Assembly (NCBI RefSeq): GCF_006345805.1
Contig: NC_043005.1
Coordinates: 44,020,001-44,084,000, forward strand
Length of the DNA stretch: 64,000 bases
Direction: 5' to 3'
Source: Octopus sinensis
Taxonomy: Eukaryota
Part shown: positions 54,099 through 64,000 of the stretch, piece by piece
Numbering within the stretch: the first letter of the stretch is position 1
Layout of the letters: the number at the start of each line of letters is the position of its first letter
Translations under genes and position numbers: made by a program
The notes under the pieces: model-generated
Told to the model about the DNA's origin: nothing
Database searches by the model: none
The model's input: only the letters and a program-made list of their open reading frames with translations

Positions 54099-54830
54099 TG
54101 TTATAACACCCACTCTGGTAGAGCAAGATAGTTAATAAGATAAGTAAGACCACAACTATCTATGACCATCTACCATGTACTCTCTGTTTATACTGACTGA
54201 CATCACCTTATCGATAGTGACTATTGCATACTATTCATCCTGTGGGAGGGGTGTACCATTATTACTATTATCCCCACAACATCTCCCCTTTTAAGTTTTT
54301 TTCTTTTTTTCTTAAGGAGAATCGTTTTATTTCTTTTAATAGCAACACTTTTTATATCACCCCACCTCCTTTTTTTGAGGTTTTTCTTCTTAGTTACACA
54401 TTAAATGTTTTCCACTTGGCATCCATTTCCAGGAACTCCATACATCTTTTTCTTACGCTTGGGCACCTAGGTTCAGTTACCTGTAGTGGCGTTGGTACTT
54501 GAAAAATATCATATAACCATTTCATTGGTTCTTCCATTCTCATGGGTTTGCTCTCAATGAATCTTTTTTCCAGTTGGTTCATGTGTCTCTGTATATGCCT
54601 TTTCTACTTTTTACCTAGTATAGCATTTTTCCTATGCTTTTGGTAATCCTGTCATCTTCCCAACTCTGTCTTCCATTCTCATATGCCCTCACAAAAACCT
54701 TTTCACCAATTTTGAAAAATCTTGCTGTATTTTCCCTTGCAATTTTTCTGTTCTTATCCAGTAGCAATTTGTTGAAGACTGATTTTATTTTCCTCACATA
54801 CCTTGTTCACTGATTAGATGACACTTAATA
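54099..54830 (-). mobile_element. Ty3/Gypsy relic: integrase C-terminal region, PPT and 183-bp 3' LTR (54099-54281)
   Basis: FKIGEKVFVRAYENGRQSWE..ITKSIGKMLY and NQL motifs. PPT aaaaggggaga abuts TGTT...AACA. Confidence 0.8.
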
Positions 54831-55544
54831 AACAATGTTTTGTGTGCAAGGCAACTGGAGTTGTCTCAGTTTTCAATCAACCAAATCTTAATCACAATGT
54901 TTTAGCTGACTTGAAACCACAGTAGAAGATACATGCACAATGTGCTATATGGTGGGACTGAACCCAAAACCCTGTTGGCTGCAAAACAAACCTCTTAACC
55001 TCATAGCCATTCCAGTCAGTAAAGTTATGATCATCCAGTGATGTATGCGTCCCCTTACACATTCCCAGATCTCTGTGCACTGCACTACTTCAAAATTATC
55101 TTTTGTACTACCTAAACCACTCTTTAAAATTTTTAGTAGCACAACCTGTCCTATACTCCAGTAGGTCTCATGATAAATGGAAGCTGACAGTTAATTTTGT
55201 ATATTTGTCTCAGCACTTACATATTTGGTATGGCTGATCAATTACATGTGTCAATGGGAGAAGCTCTCATTCTCAGTTGATTTGCAGCATTGCTCTAAAG
55301 TAGCAAAGAGGAAAGAAATGTAGCACTACTGTGAAGAATAGTACATCTATATTTTACTGTCATATTTTATTGTCAGATGCCTACACAGGCTTGTAAGACA
55401 TTCATTCTGTTGACTGGGATATTTTTGTACTTCTCTTTGATGAACTGACTAATTAGAATAATTAATAGTGATGCTGCAAGACTGAACCCTAAGGGCTGAG
55501 TGCTGAGTTCAATACTACATGGATGCCACGCAAGCTTCTTGAGT

Positions 55545-55697
55545 AGGTGCAGGAGTGGCTGTGTGGTAAGTAGCTTGCTTACCAAACACATGGTTCCGAG
55601 TTCATTCTCACTGCATAGCACCTTGGGCAAGTGTCTTCTACTATAGCCTCGGGCCAATGAAAGCCTTGTGAATGGAAAGAAGCCTATCGTATATATG

Positions 55698-55742
<45 letters not shown>

Positions 55743-55950
55743 TTGTGTGTCTGTGTTTATCCCCCCCAACATCACTTGACAACCGATAGTGGTGTGTTTC
55801 CATCACCTTAACTTAGTATTTCGGCAAAAGAGAACGATAGAGTAAGTACTAGGCTTACAAAGAATAAGTCCTGGGGTCGATTTGTTCGACTAATAGGCGG
55901 TGCTCCAGCATGGCCGCAGTCAAATAACTGAAACAAGTAAAATAGAGTAA
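55545..55950 (+). mobile_element. SINE family B, near full length
   Basis: Matches 35504-35905. Confidence 0.85.
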
Positions 55951-56691
55951 AAGAGAGTACATAGCCATGCCTGCACCATGCAGTGGGACTGAACCTAATA
56001 CCAAATGGTTGAAAAGTAAGCTGCTTAACCACTTGGCCATGTCAGAACCTAAAATGATGCAAACTTCTAATGATAATAGATATAGATGTTGTGTAGGTTG
56101 TGCAATGAGTGGAGGGCCATTCAATACTAACAACATGAATCAAAGATAGCAAAATAAGTAATGGGTGAATATAAATACTTCAAAATTTATTGCTCCTCTT
56201 CAGCACCACATCCAACACCCTTAACCAAGCAAATCATCCCTAGTACATATTTATAAAATGTAGTACTTAGTCTGGTGCTTACTTTTTGAAGAACCTCTAA
56301 GGTACAGGAATGTAAACAAAGCAACATTGATTGTCAAATGGTGTATGGAGGACAAGCACAGATACAACACATACAGACACACACACACACACATGACAAG
56401 CTTCCACAAAGTTTCCAGATTCTACATAGGGTACCATGGTTACCCATAAAGCATTAGACAGCTCAAACTCAAGGTGTCATGCACTGGGACTGAACCCAAT
56501 ACCATGTGGTTGAAAAGTAAGCTTCTTAACCACACAACCATGCTTGGATGAAAGCATCAATTTACAATGATAAAAAATGCAGATATCATGTGGCCCATTT
56601 AAATACTAAGTTTTTCTGTGAAACCCACAACTTTCTGTTGCTAATTACTTTAGTTATATTGGTTCCTTTTATTTAATGTTTATGTTGCACC

Positions 56692-57015
56692 CTGAGGTGC
56701 ATGACTTAGTGGTTAGGGTATTCAGCTCATGGTTGCAAGGTCATGAGTTCAATTCCCAGCAATGCATTGTGTCCTTGAGCAAGACGCTTTATTTCATGCT
56801 GCTCCAGTCCAATCAGCTGACAAAAACGAATAATACAAGTAATTCACTGGGCCAACTTTGTCGCATTCTGTGTCATGCTGAATCTCCCTGAGGACTACGT
56901 TAAGGACACATGTATCTGTGGAGTGCTCAGCCACCTGCACATTAATTCCATGAGCAGGCTGTTCTGCTGATCAAATCAACTGGAACCCTCATCGGTATAA
57001 CCAATGGCATGCCAT
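56692..57015 (+). mobile_element. SINE family A
   Basis: gaggtgcatgacttagtggttagg..gagttcaattccc head plus core. Confidence 0.8.
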
Positions 57016-57911
57016 GCTGTACCATTTTAGACAAACGTAGAAATTCATACAATGGCAAGTATATAAGAATATCTAATAGTTCATCAGGAATGATACAGTA
57101 TTGTTTATCATTTCCTCAAACCAGAAACAGAAGAGAAAGTTTTTGTTTTTATGACCAGAATGTTAACATCTGAAATAGCACCATTCTTTCACAAATAATG
57201 TAAATATTTAAATCTATTTCTTCATTTCGTAATAGAAAGAATATATTCATGTCACCAGATTATAAAATGATAATATATTTAATCTCACAACTCTCATAAC
57301 CAAATGGGGAATTGTTGAAGGATTATTATGGTTCTGTAATTCAGTAATTCTTTTATGAATTTTCACTAGAAAGTGAAAATATTCCTTTATGTTTATTTTA
57401 ACATATATATATATATATGTGCATACATGCATACATACATACATACATACATACATACATACATACATACATACATACATACATACATACATACATACAT
57501 ACATACATACATACATACATGTGTGTGTGTGTGTGTGTGTGAATGCATATATATCGTTACATTTATATTCATGGCATGAATTTTAATCGCGAAAGAAGTA
57601 AATTGGAGTTAGCATGACAAAACATCTCAAGAGCATTATATATTCTATGTATAGTTGTGTGGGTAAAAAGTTTGCTTTGTAACCATGTGATTTCAGGTTC
57701 AATCATACTAAGCAGTGCTTTGGGCAAAAAAACATTCTATCATATTCTTCAAGATAACAAATACATTTGTGTGTGAGTGAAAGCTGGTAGATAGAAACTG
57801 TTTAAAACCCCATTTTCTTTCCTCTCTCCCTCTCCCTCTCTCTCTCTATATATATATTTACATGTGTGTGTGTGTGTGTCTATTGGTTGAAGCAAGCTGG
57901 CAAAAATGTAT

Positions 57912-58143
57912 GGTGGCAAGCTGGCAGAAACGTTAGCACGCCAGGCGAATTGCTTAATGGTATTTCAACTACTGCTACGTTCTGAGTTCAAATTCCACCT
58001 AGGTTGACTTTGCGTTTCATCCTTTCAGAGTCGACTAAATAAGTACCAGTTACGCACTGGGGTCGATATAACCGACTTAATCCATTTGTCTGTCCTTGTT
58101 TGCCCCCTCTGTGTTTAGCCCCTTGTGGGCAGTAAAGAAATAA
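57912..58143 (+). mobile_element. SINE family C
   Basis: Matches 22340-22565. Confidence 0.85.
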
Positions 58144-58446
58144 GAAGCTTGCTTCTCAACCACATGGTTTTGGGTTCAGTATCACTGCATGGCACCTTGG
58201 ACAAGTGTCTTCTACTATACTTCTGGGCTGACCAAAGCCTTGTGAGTGGATTTGGCCACAGTCAAATAACTGAAACAAGCAAGAGGTGAATTTATTTTCA
58301 GTTGGGTTTTCTCCCTTCATGTCAATGTCCACTATGCATTTCATATTTTACGCAATTAGTAAAATAAGAACCTGCTAGAGTACTCCAGGCAATGTCAAAA
58401 ACCATAACCTTCAAAGACAGTGCTTCAGGTTTGTCTCATTTCAGCA

Positions 58447-58875
58447 GCAGACAAAATACCTATTTCTTTATTACCCACAAGGGGCTAAACACAGAGAGGA
58501 CAAACAAGGACAGACAAACGGATTAAGTCGATTATATTGACCCCAGTGCGTAATTGGTACTTAATTTATCGACTCCGAAAGGATGAAAGGCAAAGTTGAC
58601 CATGGCAGAATTTGAACTCAGAGCGTAGCAGCAGACAAAATACCTATTTCTTTACTACCCACAAGGGGCTAAACACAAGAGGACAAACAAGGACAGACAA
58701 ACGGATTAAGTCGATTATATTGACCCCAGTGCATAACTGGTACTTAATTTATCGACTCCGAAAGGATGAAAGGCAAAGTTGACTTCGTCGGAATTCGAAC
58801 TCAGAACGTAGCGGTAGACAAAATACCGCTAGGCATTTCACCCAGTGTGCTAACGTTTCTGCCAGTTCACTGCCT
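58447..58875 (-). mobile_element. SINE family C, one head plus tandem ~184-bp body units
   Basis: agacaaaatacc recurs at ~58449, 58633 and 58816. Confidence 0.85.
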
Positions 58876-59974
58876 TAATGACACAAAATAATGACACAAG
58901 AATGTCACTACTAACATAAGAAAAATTAAAACAGACAAAAATAATTTCCTATATTGAGTTAAAGTTTTAAAAATAGAGAAAAATCTAATAATGGATTTAG
59001 TGTAACTGAGTACAACTTGTAATTGTTAATTAATTATGCTAAAGGCTGAAACCAAATATTGTTATATAGTAGCATTGCTGTGAAATCGTGCTTGTGGCAT
59101 CCGATCTCCTGATCAAACCAAGAAAATTATATTTCTATTCTCTCTTATGTTTCTTTTTTTTTGTGTGTGTGTTTCTTTTACCATGGCACAGGCAAGGCTG
59201 CTGATTAAAATGCTCACTTTGCAACCACATGGCTTCAGGTTCAGTCCCACTGAGTGGCACCTACAAAAGCCCTAAAAACCTACAATAGCCCTAAAAAAAA
59301 TGAGTGAATTTGGTATATAAAAATCGAGTGCAAGTGCTGTCATATATATTCTTATTCTTTTATTCTTTTATTATTTTACTTGTTTCAATCATTTAACTGC
59401 AGCCACGCTGGACCACTGCCTTTAAGGGTTTTTTTTAGTCAAAGAAATCTACCCCAGGACTTATTCTTTGTATGCTTAGTAGTTATTTTATTGGTCTCTT
59501 TTTACAAGGATGTAAACACACAAACACAAAGACACACATACATAAATACACACACACACACACACATAGAAGTTGAAAATGCACTAAGAATAGTGAAAAC
59601 GTCTTTTATTAAAAGGTTTGAAGCTTTAACCGGTTTTACAGTTAACACTGATTTTCAAAAAGTTCAAATAGAAAGATGTGGCTTATGTCACAGCCGTCTT
59701 GGTTCTGACTAGTGTTTGAAGTTTGCCCAGTTTTTATAGGGAGTTCATGGCTCAAATTAGTATATTGTTTTGAATAGGATTTGATTGGTGGAGGATAGTC
59801 ACATGACTGGTCTTAGAAATTTTTGTAGGTTCCTTGCTATGTCCGTGTGTTAGTATCAAGTGATAATGTTTGTCGACTGAACAAATCCAAACTATCAATG
59901 CTTTGAATGTTTTCTGTCAAATGTTTGTAGAGAATGAACACATGATTAAGTTTGTGTTCATTCTCTACAAACAC

Positions 59975-60585
59975 TTTTCGAAACGTTTACATCATTCTTA
60001 ACACAATCAAGGAGATCTTGTGCAACTGACACCCAAGTGTCTTTTTGGTCAACTGAAAGCAATTTTGGCACAAACTTGGCAGACATGCAGCTCATACCAA
60101 ATCTTCAGTGATAATGGACTGAACTGAACCGTAACTAATCTGCACATCCTCTCATAACTCACAGATAGTGATTCGAGGATTTCCCTTCACAGCTGCACAC
60201 ATATCTGCAATGTTTTTCTCAGTTCTGCTGATTGCAGGTCTCCCAGAACTTTTGTCACTATTGACATTATTTTGTCCATCTTGGAAACGTCTGAACCATT
60301 TGTACGTTTGTGTGCGGCTCATACACACCTATCCATACACTTTCTGCAACTTAATGTTGCCTTCTGAGCAGATATCACCATGACAACTTTCTCTGTCATG
60401 GTCAATGCAATGATGACATGCTACACACCTTCCTTCCAAGCACTGTAGTAAACAGCGGAAGTGAGATAGAATGTTAAAACTTAGTGCACATACACAGCAG
60501 GTCAATCTATGCCAAGCAGCTTCACATGCAATTTAGCTTCGTTAGTATGGCAATAGTCCAGATACTTATTGATCAGACCTCGTGT
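59975..60585 (-). pseudogene. Mariner 5' half (TIR + HTH region of transposase)
   Basis: End reads ..CGAGGTCTGATCAATAAGTATCTGG. Translation QTYKWFRRFQDG..SGRP..NPRITICEL..SAKFVPKLL (WVPxxL-type motif). Confidence 0.85.
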
Positions 60586-60731
60586 ATATATATATATATA
60601 TACACATATACACGTATAGTTTATTGTCGTCAGTTGATATATATATATATATATATATATATCAATATATATATATATATGTATATATATACATATATAT
60701 ATATATATATTATATATATATATATATATAT

Positions 60732-61363
60732 CATTGGTAAAGCATAAATCTGAAAAAGAAGCACATTCTATGTTATAGAGCAGTACCCTGTGTTATATAA
60801 ATAAAGTTAGATAAGTGAGATTATGGAATTACCCTGGGTTTCACGTCCATAAATTGCTTAGCATTACAGCATATCATCAGATCCCAAACCTGTTGGCTTA
60901 TGGTCTCTCTAGAAAATGGAGGAGCAGGGTTGACAGTACTGATAGTCGAAGCTACAGAGACACGAACAGAACCAATGGTGGCACCATTACCAGCAATAAT
61001 TTACCATGGCGAAGTCTTCATCAACAGAGACGCCAAGATTAAATATATAAACACGAGGTCAATCCAGCAAGTGCCTCTTGCTTATGTATTTTAATTTTTT
61101 TCAAATCCACCACGCAAGCACAGTCTATTTTGTTGGCAGCAAAAAAGAAAAAAAAAATGCCAGCAATTTCTTCGAACGAATCTACCAGAAATCATTATAC
61201 ATAATTAATAATATCAGGGTAATAAAGATTTTAGAAATTTTTACTACAAGTGGCCTAGAAAAATTAGTCAATAGACTATATAGTCTATTGACTTTTTCTA
61301 TGCGCTAGGCTACTGGTAGTAAAAATTTTTTAAATCTTTATTACCCTGATATTAGTAATTATA
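60732..61363 (-). mobile_element. (TA)n-flanked HHR element with 5' fold-back (61201-61362)
   Basis: HHR at 60824-60886. Imperfect ~80-bp arms around a perfect 28-bp palindrome at 61266-61293. Confidence 0.7.
60824..60886 (-). ncRNA. Type I hammerhead ribozyme, core intact
   Basis: UGGGAU-CUGAUGA-U-AUG...CGU-GAAAC-CCAGG-GUA^AUUCCA. Stem I is 6 bp; quasi-palindromic ACCC-A-GGGU stem III. Confidence 0.75.
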
Positions 61364-61554
61364 TATATATATATGCATGCATACATACATACATGCATGC
61401 ATGCAAATGCACACACACATACATATATACATACATACATTATTATGGCTGCCTCCTCGTTATCGAGTATGGCCATTGCATGAAGTTTAACTGTTACTGG
61501 TGCTGTGATCGAATGTGACTTTTTAGCCCAGCTATACATACATACATACATGCA

Positions 61555-61930
61555 TACAAAGTGCCGATCTCTAATTGTGGAGAGAACATGTGGAAGAGAT
61601 AGACCCAGTAAGATGTGGGACGAGGTGGTGAAATATGATCTTCGTTTGTTGCATCCATGGAGATGAAGACAAGTAACTGAGACTTCTGGTAATTTGCTGT
61701 CCTTAAGAAGACATGTCTAGCTATAAGAAATTGTGATCATGGCTAGTGCTACTGGTAACATGTAAAAGGCACCTGTGCCAGTGACAAGAAAAAGATACCC
61801 CATACACTCTGTAGAGCAGTTGGCATTAGGAAGGGCACCCAGCTATAGAAATCAAGCTCTCTGGCTTACCAACTCTGGTCAAACCATCTAACCCATGCCA
61901 GCATGGAAAATAGATGTTAAATAGTGATGA

Positions 61931-61950
<20 letters not shown>
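61555..61950 (+). mobile_element. RTE 3' end with (GAT)n/(GGT)n tail
   Basis: Decayed CGRDRPSKMWDEVVKYDL and terminus catggaaaatagatgttaaatagtgatgatg. Confidence 0.7.
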
Positions 61951-61964
<14 letters not shown>

Positions 61965-62626
61965 GGTGGTAGTTATGGTGGTGCTGGTGATGATGCTTAC
62001 AATTATACACAAACATACATGTATGCATACATAGATTCACACACACACATTGGTCAACTCAGAACTGTAGCAGAATACACTTTTCCATGCCTCTGACTAT
62101 AATTATTTAATTAGACTTTTTCATGAAAAGGAAATAGATAACTGACTATTGTTTTATAATAAATGACGTAGAAGTTATCCATCATTGAAAAACCTAACAT
62201 CATGTTGAATAATTACAAAATTAAAACAGAAAATGATCAAATCAAATACTACTGCTTTTTTTATCCCTTTATAAATTCTTTTCCAACAAAATCAGTTAAA
62301 TTTGATTTGTTTTTAGTACTTTTAATCATTTCTGTCTCTTTGGATTTCCTTGTTTCTCTTTGTCAGAGGAATACTAAAAATGATATTTCTGTGTGGGTAT
62401 ATAAAATGTGGAGAAACTAAAGATAATATAGTAGGGTTTTAACTCTGGTTACCTGAGGATACACATGTATACAGATATTATTGAATCATATTAATAGAAT
62501 ATTCCATATAATTTTATCTAACATTCAGTAATTAACAGCAGATAATGAAGCATTGAAACAATTGTAGCAATTTGTAATAAAGCCTGTTCAATCCATATTC
62601 TCACAATAAATTTTTATATATATACA

Positions 62627-63000
62627 CTAGCAGAGATACTCAGCATTGCTCGGGATTAAAATGACATAGTTTGTATATATTACAGTTATGTTGAAACAGG
62701 TGATATGGGAAAGTGCAGCATTGACAACAAAACATTTGCGGAGTAAATGATGGACTAATTCGACTAAGCAACATGCTATGCGTCTGTTTGGAGTATTTCA
62801 GGCCCTAACCTGTCATGGAAAATTGGAGGTAGGGAGTAATGTGATTTTTGAACGCACCGAAAAGCTGTCAGTGGATATACTCACGTTTGCAGTAGTCAGT
62901 ACTGTGTCTAACACGATCCATTATCTGAAATTTTAACACCTCCTTCGGGTTTGTTGTCCTACATCACTCATAAAGTAAATTTGGATGAACTGTGATTGTT
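62627..63000 (+). mobile_element. Possible non-autonomous Helitron-like element
   Basis: Starts ctagcagagatactcagcattgctcggga, resembling CTAG..ACCCGGCGTTGCCCGG termini from memory. No 3' end identified. Confidence 0.25.
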
Positions 63001-63459
63001 CATTTGTGGGTAACAGGGAACCAATGAGGTGATAGACTTGCTCTTGAACTTTGACGTAAGTGTAAATTCATGTTTATCTATCTTCTTAGATGCACCAAAT
63101 GATGTCATTTGAAATGCAGAGTTGTGTTTTCTGAGATTGTTCAGAAAATCCTTTGACTGGATGGAAGTACCTTTTAGAAGAGGCTGAAGGAGCTGGTAGT
63201 GCTGACAATGTTACCTGACTGCCTGAGCAGCACATACTATTTGTTCCAATTGAAAATTTAAAAGCTCTAGAGAAATGACAATTTGTGTTTAGCACACCAC
63301 TTTGGACAGAGTTATCATTTTTATAAGAATGGGATGGATCATATCTGAAAACAGCTTCCTGGAGCTGTGAAGAACGAATTTGTTCATAGTCTGCTTCTGA
63401 GAGCTATTCTACTGGACCTCTGTCTACATACATAAAATGAAACATACAAATCTGCACAC

Positions 63460-63830
63460 ATACATACATGCATACATACCTACCTACATACATACATACA
63501 TACATATATACATACATACATACATACATACATACACACATACAAACAGAAATTCCCTGTTGTTGATGTTGAAATTGCAATGAAGGAGCCTTGGATCTAG
63601 ATTATAAACCGGTTCTATCCCTATTAGCAAGAAATCTTGAAATAATGACTTACATTGAATGACTTACATACATCATATATACATACATGCATACATACAT
63701 ACACCATATAAACATACATAAATACATGCATGCATGCATGCATGCATACATACATACATACATACATACATACATACATACATACATACATACATACATG
63801 CATGCATGCATGAATGCATACACACATACA
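63460..63830 (+). repeat. (CATA)n arrays flanking an R4/Dong-like 3' terminal segment (63548-63665)
   Basis: ccctgttgttgatgttgaaattgcaatgaaggagccttggatctag..gcaagaaatcttgaaataa is similar to 15860-15963. Confidence 0.8.
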
Positions 63831-64000
63831 TATACATGGTCAAGCAGTTGCCAACTAAACCAGTAACCCTACCAAGATTGTGTCAGCATGGGTTGTAAGC
63901 TCTCTAACCTCCATATCTGCACGAAGTGTGGAGGTCCCAGACATGACTGCAAAAACTACATAAAGCACACCAACATACTTTTCTGTGCACATGAGAGGGT

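Noticed and set aside
55221-55294. Minus-strand segment with strong acceptor and GTAAGT donor
   Set aside because: Stops in all three frames. It could be a UTR or lncRNA exon but cannot be supported without transcripts.
60815-61094. Two short plus-strand ORFs in CpG-richer sequence
   Set aside because: They lie antisense within the HHR element and show no recognisable domain.
63080-63400. Exon-like or RT-like unique sequence after a cttcttag acceptor
   Set aside because: Stops in all plus frames and no motif I can identify.

Overview
AT-rich, repeat-saturated animal genomic DNA. It is most likely an octopus (cephalopod), judged from the tRNA-derived SINE families and RTE tails; this is recognition by eye, not a database hit. 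No host protein-coding gene can be supported, and almost all ORFs in the track are microsatellite, minisatellite or transposon artefacts. Recognisable content: (1) two decayed Penelope-like retroelement (PLE) families with RT and C-terminal GIY-YIG, nested in an ~8 kb inverted structure at 41.1-49.3 kb; (2) about ten type I hammerhead ribozyme (HHR) motifs from several unrelated sequence families, most with short palindromic stem/loop III. Four have intact cores, including an identical pair on opposite strands at 36.4/36.9 kb. They sit in short non-coding elements that end in (TA)n or (CA)n and often carry a fold-back at their 5' end; (3) R4/Dong-like RLE-LINE ends in (CATA)n, RTE-LINE 3' ends with minisatellites, mariner relics, TTAA piggyBac-like MITEs, a Gypsy integrase+PPT+LTR relic, three SINE families and many microsatellites. 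The best candidate for an undescribed system is the set of HHR-bearing, microsatellite-targeted, fold-back retrozyme-like elements together with their probable autonomous PLE partners. Coordinates were counted by hand. Boundaries of old repeats are approximate, and identity values are estimates by eye.
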